This document shows, piece after piece, positions 1 through 10,251 of a stretch of DNA of 64,000 nt (position 1 is the first letter of the stretch; every line of letters begins with the position of its first letter). The notes under the pieces were generated by a model. The model was not told where the DNA came from. It searched no databases and saw only the letters and a list, made by a program, of their open reading frames with translations. The position numbers were made by a program, and so were the translations under genes. Where the stretch lies: assembly GCA_027622595.1 (NCBI GenBank), contig JAQBZZ010000002.1, positions 31,663-95,662 on the forward strand, read 5' to 3'. Source of the stretch: Chloroflexota bacterium (lineage in GTDB: Bacteria; Chloroflexota; Dehalococcoidia; Lucifugimonadales; UBA2985).

Positions 1-791
1 GTGTACCACGTCTCCTCCACCACAACGGCATGGTTGGTCTTCTGTACCGACGCCGCCACGGTATCACCGTCCAGGGGGCTGAGGGTTTGAAGGTCAACCA
101 CCTCGGCGCTGATACCCCTTGACTCAAGCTCCTCGGCAGCCCGCATTGCCACCATTGCCATGCGGGCATACGCCACAATTGTAACGTCTGTCCCTATCCG
201 CTTAATATCAGCCTTCCCAAAAGGAACGACGTACGGCTCATCGGGCACCTCTCCTCTGCTGCTGTACAGAAGGGCGTGCTCCACAAAGATAACAGGGTCT
301 TCCTGCTGCAGAGAAGATCGAAAGAGGCCAAGGGCGTCGTAAGGTGTGGATGGAACCGCGACACGGAGGCCCGGCACCGAGGCGAACCAACCCTCAAGAC
401 TCTGGGAGTGGGTCGCACCCACCGAAGCGCCTCCGCCTGTGACGGTGCGGACGATCAGCGGACATGTGAGTTGCCCGCCTGACATATAACGGACCTTGGC
501 TGCGTGGTTGATAATCTGGTCCATCGCCAGGAAGCTGAAGTTGATGGTCATCAGCTCAACTATCGGCCTCAAGCCAGCGATGGCAGCACCGGCTCCAGCT
601 CCCGATATGACGGACTCGGCTATGGGCGTTTCCCGGATGCGCTCCGGCCCATACTCCGCCAGAAAACCCTTCGTCACGGCGTACGCGCCGCCGTAGCTTC
701 CTATGTCCTGTCCCATGATGAAGACGCGCTCGTCCTGCATGGCCTCTCTCAAAGCCCTGGATATAGCCTCTCTAAAGGTGATCTGCGCCAT
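1..791 (-). CDS. pdhB: 2-oxoacid (pyruvate-type) dehydrogenase E1 beta subunit; C-terminal end runs off the window
   Basis: Absent from the ORF track because there is no stop inside the window. Manual minus-strand translation from the ATG at 791-789 gives MAQITFREAISRALREAMQDERVFIMGQDIGSYGGAYAVTKGFLAEYGPERIRETPIAESVISGAGAGAAIAGLRPIVELMTINF..., a typical E1-beta N-terminus. It starts 3 nt after the E1-alpha stop. Confidence 0.85.
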   Translation of the reverse strand, partial: MAQITFREAISRALREAMQDERVFIMGQDIGSYGGAYAVTKGFLAEYGPERIRETPIAESVISGAGAGAAIAGLRPIVELMTINFSFLAMDQIINHAAKVRYMSGGQLTCPLIVRTVTGGGASVGATHSQSLEGWFASVPGLRVAVPSTPYDALGLFRSSLQQEDPVIFVEHALLYSSRGEVPDEPYVVPFGKADIKRIGTDVTIVAYARMAMVAMRAAEELESRGISAEVVDLQTLSPLDGDTVAASVQKTNHAVVVEETWY

Positions 792-793
792 AC

Positions 794-1786
794 TTACTTA
801 CTCCCGTACACGTCCTCGTAGAGGGCGTCCGGCTCAGGGAAGGGACTCTCGTCGGCAAACTTGACTGCGTTCTCCACGATCTCCTCTATCTCTTTCTCAA
901 GCTGATCCAGTTCCTTCTTGGTGGCTACCTTCTCACTGACAAACCGTTTGTTAAAGGTGACGATGGGGTCCTTCTTCTTCCAACGCTCCTCCTCGGCCTT
1001 TGCCCTGTATTCTATGGGGTCGGCCATGGAGTGTCCACGAAACCGGTAGGCCATGGCCTCTATCAGATAGGGGCCTCCGCCGCCGCGTACGCTCTCCACC
1101 GCCTTTTTTGTGGCCTCCATCACCTTCATCACATCCATACCGTCCACTCGCGCAGTGGGCATCTTGTAGGCTCTGGCAAACTTGTAGATTTCATCATGGA
1201 ATACCAGGGTCTGGTCAACCGCTGCCCCCATGCCATACAGGTTGTTCTCGACGAAGAAGATCACCGGCAGCTTCCACAGCGACGCCAAGTTGAGTGACTC
1301 GTGGAACTCCCCCTCATTGATGGCGCCGTCGCCGAGGAAGCACATCACCAGGCTGTCTTCCTTTTTGTACTTGCTGGCCAGGGCCAACCCGACCGCCAGG
1401 GGAAGCTGTCCCCCAACGATGGCATAGCCTCCCATGAACCGTTTTTCGGCGTCGAAGAGGTGCATGGAGCCGCCCTTGCCCTTGCTGCATCCCGTGGACT
1501 TGCCGAAGAGCTCCGCCATCACGGCGTTTGGGTCCATTCCCTTGGCCAGGGCATGGCCGTGGTCCCGGTAGTGGGTCACGACGTAGTCCTGGGGCAACAA
1601 AGAGTTGATAGCACCGACGGCGATGGCCTCCTCGCCGATGTACAGGTGTAGGAAGCCGCGTATGTTTCCCAGCGTGTACTGCTCCGCGGACATCTCCTCG
1701 AAGCGACGTATGAGGAACATCTGCCGGTAGAAGTCCAACAGTTGGTTCTTTTCCAGAGTCTCCTGAAGTTTCATAGCGTTTATCAA
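794..1786 (-). CDS. pdhA: 2-oxoacid (pyruvate-type) dehydrogenase E1 alpha subunit
   Basis: 330-aa ORF. It has the TPP-binding region GDGAINEGEFHESLNLASLWKLPVIFFVENNLYGMG and YRDHGHALAKG, and is followed directly by the E1-beta gene. Confidence 0.9.
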   Translation of the reverse strand: MINAMKLQETLEKNQLLDFYRQMFLIRRFEEMSAEQYTLGNIRGFLHLYIGEEAIAVGAINSLLPQDYVVTHYRDHGHALAKGMDPNAVMAELFGKSTGCSKGKGGSMHLFDAEKRFMGGYAIVGGQLPLAVGLALASKYKKEDSLVMCFLGDGAINEGEFHESLNLASLWKLPVIFFVENNLYGMGAAVDQTLVFHDEIYKFARAYKMPTARVDGMDVMKVMEATKKAVESVRGGGGPYLIEAMAYRFRGHSMADPIEYRAKAEEERWKKKDPIVTFNKRFVSEKVATKKELDQLEKEIEEIVENAVKFADESPFPEPDALYEDVYGSK

Positions 1787-1890
1787 ATCTATCTTCTATC
1801 CAGAGCTGGTGAAATGAGTAGTTTTAATAGTACCCTGTTGCTTCTGCATGCCACTCCGACCGCAGCGAAGAGTCGTCATAGCACAAAACT

Positions 1891-3294
1891 CTAAATGTGA
1901 ATGGCAAGGCCGTCAACAGCCAGGGCCGCCTCCTTGACCGCCTCCGACAGCGTGGGGTGGGAATGGACCAGCCAGCCCAACTCCTTTACGGTGCCCTCCA
2001 GCAGACTGGTCATGGTCAACTCAGGCAGCATCTCCGTGACCTCCGTTCCTATCATATGAGCGCCTAGAATCTCGCCACTATCGCCGTCCGTCACAAGCTT
2101 AACAAGGCCCTCGGTTTCCCCCAGGGCAAGAGACTTGCCGTTGGCGCGGAATGGAAACCGCCCCACCTTGACGGAATAACCCATATCAACGGCTTCCTTC
2201 TCGGTGTACCCGAAGCTGGTCACCTGGGGCTGGCAGTAGGTGGCCCTTGGCATCTTCTTATAGTCCAGGGCAGGACTCTCCATTCCAGCGATGGTCTCCA
2301 CCGCCAGAATACCCTGTGCCTGGGCAACGTGGGCCAGCAGCAGCTTGCCGGTCACATCCCCGATAGCATAGATTCCCGGGACACTGGTCTGCATTTTCTC
2401 ATCCACTTTGATGAAGCTTTTCTCTATTTCGATTCCAAGCTCCGCCAGTCCAAGGCCATCGCTGTTGCCCTGCACTCCCACTGCAACCAGCACCTTCTGG
2501 CAGTCCAGTTCCTTGACACCCTCTGGAGATTCCACGGTGAGCTTGACGCCTGCCTTTCCCTTCTTCACTTCCTTCACCTGGGAGCCTGTTAGCACCTTTA
2601 TGCCCCGGCGGGTGAAGGAGCGCTCCAACTGCTCCCCAATCTCCTCGTCCTCGTTTGGGACCAGGTGGGGAAGCATCTCAACCACTATGACATCGGCACC
2701 ATAGGCGTGGTAAAGGTAGGCGAATTCCACTCCGGTGGCCCCTCCACCCACAATCACCACGGGCGAGGGCACCTCGTGAAGCTCCAGAGCCTCTCGGCTG
2801 GTGATGAGCGTCTCTCCGTCCACCTCAAGGCCCGGTATGGGGCGCGAGCGGGCCCCCGTGGCAATTATCACGTTCTTGGCGGCAAGGGTTTGAGAGCCAC
2901 CTTCCATTTCTACTTCAATGGCGTGAGCGTCCTTCAGGCGGGCATACCCCTTGATGTGGTCGACCTTGTTCTTTTTCAGCAGAGCCGCCACTCCAGTGGT
3001 GAGGCGCTTGACCACTGTACGGCTCCTGGCAATGGCCTTGCCAAAGTCGTAGCTCAGGTTATCGAAGGATATGCCGAACTCTTCGGCTCTCTGGAAGAGG
3101 GTCAGCACCTCGGCATTTCTCAGAAGGGCTTTGCTTGGAATGCAGCCCCAATTGAGGCAGACACCACCGATATCCTGGTTCTCCACCAACGCGGTCTTCA
3201 GCCCCAACTGGCTTGCGCGTATGGCCGCCACGTACCCGCCCGGCCCTCCACCGATGATTACCACGTCATAGTCTGCATCTGCCATCAAAACCAA
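1891..3294 (-). CDS. lpdA: dihydrolipoyl dehydrogenase (E3)
   Basis: 467-aa ORF with the FAD motif VVIIGGGPGGY and the redox disulfide GGVCLNWGCIPSKALL. The likely true start is the inner Met (MADADYDVV, about 3285). Confidence 0.9.
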   Translation of the reverse strand: MVLMADADYDVVIIGGGPGGYVAAIRASQLGLKTALVENQDIGGVCLNWGCIPSKALLRNAEVLTLFQRAEEFGISFDNLSYDFGKAIARSRTVVKRLTTGVAALLKKNKVDHIKGYARLKDAHAIEVEMEGGSQTLAAKNVIIATGARSRPIPGLEVDGETLITSREALELHEVPSPVVIVGGGATGVEFAYLYHAYGADVIVVEMLPHLVPNEDEEIGEQLERSFTRRGIKVLTGSQVKEVKKGKAGVKLTVESPEGVKELDCQKVLVAVGVQGNSDGLGLAELGIEIEKSFIKVDEKMQTSVPGIYAIGDVTGKLLLAHVAQAQGILAVETIAGMESPALDYKKMPRATYCQPQVTSFGYTEKEAVDMGYSVKVGRFPFRANGKSLALGETEGLVKLVTDGDSGEILGAHMIGTEVTEMLPELTMTSLLEGTVKELGWLVHSHPTLSEAVKEAALAVDGLAIHI

Positions 3295-3390
3295 CTTTCG
3301 CAGTGAAAATGCGTACGGGACTCTTTCAGTATAACACCCGCGCTCCCAGGCACCAATAACTCTTGTCCGTGAAATTATGGTGATAGCTGA

Positions 3391-3726
3391 TCATTACTCT
3401 TCAGCTATAATTACGCTTCAGACGCTGGCTATTCTAGCAAAGACTTCCGAACGCACATCTATCGTCAGTACAGAGCGAAGCCGATAGTAAAGGCTAAGAG
3501 GACAGAAAAAGCTATGGCCCTTGAAACCCCCGAATGGAAGAAGCTCTACGACCAGCGTGTAGCTTTGGAGAGAGTATTTAGTAGGCTCAAAGGCCATAGG
3601 GCACTCAACCATGTCACTGTTCGCCGTATGGATAAAGTGACTGTTCATTGCTTCTTGTCGATTATTGTTCTACAATCGCAGGCGTTAGCAACTCATTCGA
3701 GGATGTCGGTCAGAAAAGTAGCTTGA
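3391..3726 (+). mobile_element. C-terminal remnant of an IS4/IS5-type DDE transposase (truncated, no N-terminal part)
   Basis: The frame is open from 3391 and reads ...DAGYSSKDFRTHIYRQYRAKPIVKAKRTEKAMALETPEWKKLYDQRVALERVFSRLKGHRALNHVTVRRMDKVTVHCFLSIIVLQSQAL. The DAGY...P(I/V) and ERVFSRLK segments resemble the third acidic-residue region of DDE transposases. Only about 110 codons are present, in an AT-rich context. Confidence 0.6.
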
Positions 3727-3820
3727 CTAAACGCCAACACTTGACAAACCGCATTTATAACGTTATGCTTGGTGCGACGCAGAGTAAATGCAGTGTGGCA
3801 GCAACAAGCCCTAGGCAGCA

Positions 3821-3852
3821 AACCGCCCATAAGCAGGGCGGTTTTTTATTTG
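3821..3852 (+). terminator. intrinsic terminator-like hairpin
   Basis: AACCGCCC-ATAAGCA-GGGCGGTT forms a perfect 8-bp stem and is followed by a T-rich tail (TTTTTTATTTG). Confidence 0.6.
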
Positions 3853-3895
3853 TTTCAATTTCATTAGGTTTTATTGGGTTAAAGAGGAGGCAGTC

Positions 3896-4285
3896 ATGGC
3901 TATCGAGGAGGTAGTAGGATATGTACAACTGACCCTCCAATTCGAGCGAGAGGGGAACAAATGGGTAGGGACGTGCACGGAATTGAGCACCAGCACGTTT
4001 GCTAGAACACTCAAGCAATGCCAAGAGGCACTTAGCGCGCTTGTCATTGAGCACCTGAATTGTCTGGAAGAAGAGGGTGAGCGACCTGCTTTCTTTAAGA
4101 AGTGGAATATTGAAATTCACCCCACTAGGACCACGCCATCGACCGTGACAATCAGAGGCGTCGGCGCGGATTGGAATCAATTGTTCCGCGGCGGCGTGGA
4201 AAATCAGGGGCCTTTGTTCCAACCAAGACTTTTTTCTATCGGCTCCGGCATCGAGAGGCATGACCGAGAACTTGCGGGCGTCTAA
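3896..4285 (+). CDS. hicB: HicB-like (UPF0150) antitoxin
   Basis: 129 aa. The N-terminal LTLQFEREGNKWVGTCTELSTSTFARTLKQCQEALSALVIEHLNCLEEEGE follows the HicB fold pattern (beta-strands, then a helix ending at the hydrophobic/acidic L-x-E-x-G). AGAGGAGG Shine-Dalgarno upstream. The stop abuts the next ATG. Confidence 0.6.
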   Translation: MAIEEVVGYVQLTLQFEREGNKWVGTCTELSTSTFARTLKQCQEALSALVIEHLNCLEEEGERPAFFKKWNIEIHPTRTTPSTVTIRGVGADWNQLFRGGVENQGPLFQPRLFSIGSGIERHDRELAGV

Positions 4286-4540
4286 ATGCAGGAACTTCCT
4301 GCACTGACGGGGAAGCAGCTTCTCAAAATGCTGCTGGCCGACGGTTGGGAAATCAAGAGGCGCGTCCCTCATGGAGTGTTTCTCAAGAAACGCTTCTCGA
4401 ATACCACAAGACTCACTACAGTCAAGGACACCAGATCCTATATTCCTAACGGTACTCTCGGTGCAATCCTTGGCCCACAGCAGACAGGCATCGGTAAGCC
4501 AGGCCTCCGCGCGCTCATAGCGAAGTACGGACGGCCCTAA
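4286..4540 (+). CDS. hicA: HicA/YcfA-like toxin
   Basis: 84 aa. LPALTGKQLLKMLLADGWEIKRR...IPNGTLGAILGPQQTGIGKPGL matches the YcfA/HicA layout (L-x-K-x-L-x-x-x-G-W ... GTL-x-x-IL). It starts immediately after the hicB-like stop. Confidence 0.6.
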   Translation: MQELPALTGKQLLKMLLADGWEIKRRVPHGVFLKKRFSNTTRLTTVKDTRSYIPNGTLGAILGPQQTGIGKPGLRALIAKYGRP

Positions 4541-4635
4541 TTCATCCATTCCCAGACTTTTGAATAATGCTACCTTGAAGCAGCTTCGCCTCTTTGTTAC
4601 ACTGGGCTTACCCTTTTTTGGATTGGTACGTAATT

Positions 4636-4932
4636 ATGACCTCTCCCAGACTGAGCCAGGACGAAGTCCAACACATAGCCCTCATCTACCGCCTTGGCTT
4701 GAGCCAGGAGGAGATCGAGAGCCTCCGGCACCAACTCTCCGACATCCTGGAGAACTTCCAGGTGCTTGATCAGGTGGACACCAGCGGCGTCCCTCCTACT
4801 GGACATTCCGTAGCCTTGGAAAACGTGATGCGAGAGGACGTAGCCGCCCCTCCCATGTCCAAGGAAGATACGCTTGCCAACGCTCCTCTGCGGGAGGACA
4901 ACTACTTTCGGGTCAAGGCAGTGCTGGACTGA
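4636..4932 (+). CDS. gatC: Asp/Glu-tRNA amidotransferase subunit C
   Basis: [49 protein letters not shown]... is a typical GatC. I place the start at the inner ATG (4636) rather than the track start (4594). The stop overlaps the gatA start. Confidence 0.85.
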   Translation: MTSPRLSQDEVQHIALIYRLGLSQEEIESLRHQLSDILENFQVLDQVDTSGVPPTGHSVALENVMREDVAAPPMSKEDTLANAPLREDNYFRVKAVLD

Positions 4933-6392
4933 TGCCTTCCAACCTCTACGATCTCACACTTCATGAGGCCCACGAGCTTCTCGCTGGCAGGCAGGTCTCT
5001 TCGCAGGAGTTGACACAGGCCATCCTCGACCGCGTTGAGCAGGTTGAGCCCCGTATAAAGGCCTACGTCACCGTCACCGAGGAAATAGCCATGCAACAGG
5101 CTAGAGAGGCCGACGAAGCCATTGCCCTCGGAGAGAAAAATCCCCTGGCGGGAGTGCCAATGCAACTCAAGGACAACATGTGCACCCGTGGAGTTCACAC
5201 CACCTGCTCCTCACGAATGCTTGAGAACTTTGTCCCTCCATACAACGCCACGGTTGTGGAGAGACTGCGCGCAGGGTTGGCCGTGGTGGTAGGAAAGGGC
5301 AATATGGACGAGTTCGCCATGGGCTCCTCAACGGAGAACTCCGCCTTCTTCCCGACTCACAACCCCTGGGACTTGGAGCGCGTGCCCGGAGGCAGCAGCG
5401 GCGGGCCAGCCGCGGCGGTGGCCGCCGGAGAGTGCATATACGCCATTGGCTCCGACACGGGAGGAAGCATACGACAGCCGGCAGCCCTTTGCGGCATCGT
5501 TGGAATGAAACCGACCTACGGGCTGGTCAGCCGTTACGGGTTGGTGGCCTTTGCCAGCTCCCTTGACCAGATCGGCCCCCTGACCAAAGACGTGACCGAC
5601 AGCGCTCTGGTGCTCAGCGCCATCGCCGGCCACGATCCACGCGATTCCACTTCCATACCCCAAGGGGCGAAGGACTACACCAAGGCGCTGACAGGTGACA
5701 TTCGGGGCCTGAAGATAGGCGTGCCAAAGGAGTATTACGGCGAGGGCATCGACCCACAGGTCGCCGACACCCTGCGAAGGGCACTGGAGAAGCTGGAGGA
5801 ACTGGGAGCCTCCGTGGAGGAGACCTCGCTGCCTCACACAAGGTATGCCCTGGCCGTGTACTACATCCTGGCACCCTCGGAAGCATCGGCCAACCTGGCC
5901 CGATACGACGGTGTCAGGTACGGCTACTCATCCCAGGAGGACGGCAGCATGTGGGAGGCCATGGAGAGGACCAAGCAGCACGGCTTTGGCCCCGAGGTGA
6001 AAAGGCGTATAATGCTCGGCACGTACGCGCTGTCTGCAGGGTACTACGACGCCTACTACCTCAAGGCCCAGAAGGTGCGTACCCTCATAAGCAGAGAGTT
6101 CCAGGAGGCCTTCCAGAAGTACGACGTACTGATCACTCCCACCTCGCCCACGGTGGCATTCAACCTGGGGGCCAAGGTAGAGGACCCTGTCCAGATGTAC
6201 CTGAACGATATCTGCACAATACCAGTCAACATCGCGGGCATACCGGCCATGTCCCTACCGGCAGGATTTGTGGACGGCCTTCCCGTTGGTATGCAGATAA
6301 TGGCCAAGCCCCTGGCGGAGGAGACCATGCTGCGGGTAGCATATGCCTATGAAAAAGCCACCGAGTGGCATAAGATGAGGCCAGAGCTATGA
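4932..6392 (+). CDS. gatA: Glu-tRNA(Gln) amidotransferase subunit A
   Basis: 486 aa with the amidase signature [14 protein letters not shown]...[13 protein letters not shown]. Confidence 0.92.
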   Translation: MPSNLYDLTLHEAHELLAGRQVSSQELTQAILDRVEQVEPRIKAYVTVTEEIAMQQAREADEAIALGEKNPLAGVPMQLKDNMCTRGVHTTCSSRMLENFVPPYNATVVERLRAGLAVVVGKGNMDEFAMGSSTENSAFFPTHNPWDLERVPGGSSGGPAAAVAAGECIYAIGSDTGGSIRQPAALCGIVGMKPTYGLVSRYGLVAFASSLDQIGPLTKDVTDSALVLSAIAGHDPRDSTSIPQGAKDYTKALTGDIRGLKIGVPKEYYGEGIDPQVADTLRRALEKLEELGASVEETSLPHTRYALAVYYILAPSEASANLARYDGVRYGYSSQEDGSMWEAMERTKQHGFGPEVKRRIMLGTYALSAGYYDAYYLKAQKVRTLISREFQEAFQKYDVLITPTSPTVAFNLGAKVEDPVQMYLNDICTIPVNIAGIPAMSLPAGFVDGLPVGMQIMAKPLAEETMLRVAYAYEKATEWHKMRPEL

Positions 6393-6877
6393 TGAAAGAC
6401 ATTCTTAAAATCCTTGAACAGAACGCAAAGGCCACCCCCGAGGAGATCTCGGAGATGACCGGGCACACTCCGGAAGAGGTGCGGGAGACCATCGCACAGG
6501 CTGAGCGCGACCGGGCCATTGTCAAGTACAAGACCATCATCAACTGGGACCGCGCAGGAGTCGGCGCGCAGGAGGTGATGGCCCTGGTTGAACTGCGCGT
6601 GACTCCCCAGCGGGACGTGGGTTTCGATGGCGTAGCTAAGCGAATCGCCCGCTTCCCAGAGGTGCGGTCGCTTCAACTGATGTCCGGAGACTTCGACCTG
6701 TCCGTGCTGCTGGTAGGCCCCACCATGCAGGAAGTCGCCAGCTTCGTGGCTATGAAACTGGCTGCTCTGGAGGAAGTCCAGGGCACCACCACCCACTTCC
6801 TCCTGAAGCGTTTCAAGGAGGACGGGGTAATCCTGGACGGAGAGGAAGTGGCCAAGCGCCTCCCTCTCACCCCGTAG
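6389..6877 (+). CDS. Lrp/AsnC family transcriptional regulator
   Basis: 162 aa. N-terminal HTH ([22 protein letters not shown]) plus a C-terminal RAM-like domain. 4-nt overlap with gatA. Confidence 0.85.
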   Translation: MMKDILKILEQNAKATPEEISEMTGHTPEEVRETIAQAERDRAIVKYKTIINWDRAGVGAQEVMALVELRVTPQRDVGFDGVAKRIARFPEVRSLQLMSGDFDLSVLLVGPTMQEVASFVAMKLAALEEVQGTTTHFLLKRFKEDGVILDGEEVAKRLPLTP

Positions 6878-6886
6878 GAACAATCA

Positions 6887-8083
6887 TTGAGCAATAAACA
6901 AGAGGCAGGTCAGCAAAAATCTTACCTTTCCCAACGGGTGAGGGACCTCGCTCCGTCCGGCATACGCAAGTTCTTCGATATCATCTACACCATGGATGAC
7001 GTCGTTTCCCTTGGAGTTGGAGAGCCCGACTTCGTCACTCCCTGGCGCATCCGTGAGGCTGCCATATATTCGCTTGAGAAGGGATATACCATGTACACCT
7101 CCAACTTCGGCCTGTTGGAGCTGCGTCAAGGGATAAGCAGATACCTGAATGAGCGATACGACTTGAGCTACGACCCCGCCAATCAGGTGATAGTCACCGT
7201 GGGGGCCAGCCAGGCCATTGACCTTGCCATGCGGGCCATCCTCGACCCGGGAGACGAGGTCATAATCCCCGAGCCCACCTACGTCTCTTACGTCCCGTGC
7301 GTCTCCCTGTCGGGAGGCATCCCGGTAACCGTACCGACTCACATGGAAAACTCCTTTCGGGTGCAGCCGGCGGACATTGAGGCGCGGATAACACCAAGGA
7401 CCAAGGCCATCCTCATGGGCTACCCCAACAACCCAACAGGTGCCGTCATGCCGCGTGCTGAGATGGAGCAGATAGCGGACATAGCGCGGTGTCACGACCT
7501 GATAGTGGTCTCAGACGAGATATACGAACGCCTGGTGTACGGAGTGGAGCATATCTGCTTCGCCTCGCTGCCCGGAATGGCCGAACGCACCATTCACGTA
7601 GGTGGCTTCTCCAAGTCCTACGCCATGACGGGGTGGCGCATCGGCTACGCCTGCTCCAGCCCTGAGATCATCGAGGCGATAATGAAGGTGCACCAGTACA
7701 CCATGATGTGCGCCCCCACTCAGGGCCAGATGGCGGCCATTGAGGCGCTGCGCTCCGGGGACGGCCCGGTTGAGGAGATGCGGGAGGAGTACAACCGCCG
7801 CCGGCACCTCATGGTCGCGGGCCTAAACCGGTTGGGCCTTAGCTGCCTTGAACCTCAGGGCGCTTTCTACACCTTCCCCTCTATTAAAGGACTGGACATG
7901 TCCTCCGACGAATTCGCAGAGAGGCTGCTCATGGAAGAACGGGTAGCCCTTGTGCCCGGCTCGGCCTTTGGCCCAAGCGGCGAGGGGCATGTCCGATGCT
8001 GCTACGCCGTCTCCACCGAAGAGATAGAGGAAGCCCTTGAACGGATGGGACGCTTTGTCGGGAACCTCAAAGGTGGTCGCTGA
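6887..8083 (+). CDS. class I/II PLP-dependent aminotransferase (aspartate/alanine type)
   Basis: 398 aa with the PLP-lysine motif SKSYAMTGWRIGY and NPTGAV. Confidence 0.85.
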   Translation: MSNKQEAGQQKSYLSQRVRDLAPSGIRKFFDIIYTMDDVVSLGVGEPDFVTPWRIREAAIYSLEKGYTMYTSNFGLLELRQGISRYLNERYDLSYDPANQVIVTVGASQAIDLAMRAILDPGDEVIIPEPTYVSYVPCVSLSGGIPVTVPTHMENSFRVQPADIEARITPRTKAILMGYPNNPTGAVMPRAEMEQIADIARCHDLIVVSDEIYERLVYGVEHICFASLPGMAERTIHVGGFSKSYAMTGWRIGYACSSPEIIEAIMKVHQYTMMCAPTQGQMAAIEALRSGDGPVEEMREEYNRRRHLMVAGLNRLGLSCLEPQGAFYTFPSIKGLDMSSDEFAERLLMEERVALVPGSAFGPSGEGHVRCCYAVSTEEIEEALERMGRFVGNLKGGR

Positions 8084-8768
8084 ACCTTCCTGGGAGAGCC
8101 TTCTACTGGGCGAGGCCCCTGTCCCTATCCAGTTCCAGGGAGCCGCGCCGTGGCAACCCACGACCGATAGGGGCGGGGTTGGGATGCAAGTCCTCACCAA
8201 CATGGGGCCAATTCAATGTCTCTTTCACTCCGCACAGGAAGCCTCCACGGCTGTCTTATGGGTCTCCGGGGCCGGCGGCGGGTTCAGCGGAGGAGGAGGC
8301 CTCTACTCAATCCTCTCTGACGAGCTGCTGGAGGACGGCGTCTCCTCCCTGCGTCTGAACTACCGCAAGCCGAACAATTTCCTACACTCCATGCTGGACG
8401 TACTCGCAGGAGTGTACTTCCTTCAAGACAAGGGCTATCTGCGGGTGGCGCTGGTGGGCCACTCCTTTGGGGGGGCCGTTGTCGTTGCCGCCGCCCCCCT
8501 GAGCGACGCTGTGGTAACGGTCGTCGGTCTTGCCAGTCAGACCTATGGCGCCAAGCATGCCTACCTGGCGGCCCCCAAACCACTTCTCCTGGTACACGGC
8601 GAGGACGACGACAGGCTGAGCCCACGGTGTTCTGTTCTCATAAACGAGATAGCAAAGGAGCCAAAGAAGCTGGTGCTATATCCAGGAGCGGGTCACAACC
8701 TCAGGGAGTGCAGGGACGAGCTTCACCCTCTTCTGAAAAACTGGCTGTTGGAGAAGCTGGCGGGGTGA
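8037..8768 (+). CDS. alpha/beta hydrolase (dienelactone-hydrolase-like); start uncertain
   Basis: Nucleophile elbow VGHSFGG. The track start overlaps the aminotransferase by 47 nt, and an inner ATG at 8184 is an alternative. Confidence 0.6.
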   Translation: MNGWDALSGTSKVVAEPSWESLLLGEAPVPIQFQGAAPWQPTTDRGGVGMQVLTNMGPIQCLFHSAQEASTAVLWVSGAGGGFSGGGGLYSILSDELLEDGVSSLRLNYRKPNNFLHSMLDVLAGVYFLQDKGYLRVALVGHSFGGAVVVAAAPLSDAVVTVVGLASQTYGAKHAYLAAPKPLLLVHGEDDDRLSPRCSVLINEIAKEPKKLVLYPGAGHNLRECRDELHPLLKNWLLEKLAG

Positions 8769-8785
8769 AGAAGCCGAGCTAATTT

Positions 8786-9325
8786 CTATATAACGTCTAT
8801 TTTCTCCAGGGTCACGCTGATTGCTATTGCCAGCCCAATCACCCCAAGGATGACCACCTCTGCCTGGAAAAGAGCCCGGAAGCGCCTTGTAGTCGTTGGT
8901 ACGTTGGGGACGCTCGCAAACCAGAACAACAACAGACAAAAGACCACAAAAGCCGTGCCTGCGGTGATCATTCTGTCTGCTGTCACGCTGTAATCCACAA
9001 ATCGGGATAAGACAACGAATGATATCGCCGTTATGAAAGCGGCTTCCACCAAGGCCAGGATTACCGCTATCGGCGCCCAAATTGCGATGCGGGCTGTATT
9101 TCCAAACCATCCCGTGCTGACGTTCGAAGAGCTTTCTCTGGCGTTGGATTGAGGCGGTTCCTCTACCGGAGTGGTGTGCTCACGCCACCATGATTGGAGG
9201 CGTTGGATGTCTCGCGTCGTGGCCGCCTTTTGTGCCTTCCACCAAGCCCTGAACGAGAACCCGGAACCACCTGACGACTGTGGTTCTCCAGAGGACTGAT
9301 CGTTCTCTTCGCCACGCTGATACAT
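8786..9325 (-). CDS. hypothetical membrane protein
   Basis: 179 aa. Polar, Trp-rich N-terminus followed by three hydrophobic helices (IAIWAPIAVILALVEAAFITAISFVVL, ITAGTAFVVFCLLLFWFA, VVILGVIGLAIAISV). No family recognised. Confidence 0.5.
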   Translation of the reverse strand: MYQRGEENDQSSGEPQSSGGSGFSFRAWWKAQKAATTRDIQRLQSWWREHTTPVEEPPQSNARESSSNVSTGWFGNTARIAIWAPIAVILALVEAAFITAISFVVLSRFVDYSVTADRMITAGTAFVVFCLLLFWFASVPNVPTTTRRFRALFQAEVVILGVIGLAIAISVTLEKIDVI

Positions 9326-9459
9326 GCTGCACCTCCCTCTTGTGCGACACGAATTCTCCCCAGGCGTTATTGTAATGTAGTAGTCAGCGGCTCACCAGGT
9401 TCTGCTCAGATTATGTTGATGCAGGTTTCGGCAGGTATTCCATAGCAGTCCCCTAACCC

Positions 9460-10251
9460 CTAACTCAGAAAAGAATTTATAAGGGCAGAAATCTCCTTCA
9501 GCCTGGTGCGGACGAAGAGGTGACCCGTCCCCTCCAGTGTGACCAACCTGGAGTCCTTGATGCCTCGTATCAGCTCCCGCGCAAAACGCGTCGGTGTCAT
9601 TACGTCATCCTCCCCGAAGATAAGCAGTGTTGGGCAAGAGATATTGTGCAGACGGTCCCGGGAGTTGAAGGAAATGGTGGCCTCCATCTGTCGCTCGTAT
9701 GCCTCAGGCTTCTGGAACAGGGAGTCCTCCACTACATCTTTCACTATCTGCTCTATGAAGCCGGGTATCTGGTACTCCTTATAGGTGTATGCCCAGGGGA
9801 GGGTGAGACGAATGTACTCTTCCCTGGGCAACTCTCTTCTTAGAGAGGCAAAACCTCTGAACAGAGCGGCTCCCCGGGGGTCGGCGGCATCGTATGTGGC
9901 AAGAAGAACCAGACGGTCAACCAGTTGAGGAAAGCTGATGGCGAGTTCCTGGGCTATCGCACCTCCCATGGAGTAGCCTACCACATGAGCGCGGGCGATG
10001 CCCAGCTCCTTCAGCAAGCCAGCGGCATCCTCCGTCATGTCTCGTATCTCATATGGGCCAGCGGCACGCTGACTCAGGCCACTATCGCGGTTATCGAAGG
10101 AGACCACCCGATAGCCGCTCAGCATGGAAGCGAGGGGCCCCCATCCGCGGTGGTCACCGCTCAGACCGCTGATGAGCAACACAGGAGGGGCATCGGACTC
10201 CCCATCGATTTCATAATAGAGGCTCAGGCCGTTGACTGTTCCGTAGGGCAT
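9460..10251 (-). CDS. alpha/beta hydrolase
   Basis: 263 aa with PPVLLISGLSGD and the nucleophile elbow VGYSMGG. Confidence 0.8.
   Translation of the reverse strand: MPYGTVNGLSLYYEIDGESDAPPVLLISGLSGDHRGWGPLASMLSGYRVVSFDNRDSGLSQRAAGPYEIRDMTEDAAGLLKELGIARAHVVGYSMGGAIAQELAISFPQLVDRLVLLATYDAADPRGAALFRGFASLRRELPREEYIRLTLPWAYTYKEYQIPGFIEQIVKDVVEDSLFQKPEAYERQMEATISFNSRDRLHNISCPTLLIFGEDDVMTPTRFARELIRGIKDSRLVTLEGTGHLFVRTRLKEISALINSFLS

Noticed and set aside
3755-4549. 264-aa minus-strand ORF covering the first hicBA region
   Set aside because: It lies antisense to two short ORFs that have Shine-Dalgarno sites, abutting stop/start codons and recognisable HicB/HicA patterns. Its own translation has no motif and an odd composition.
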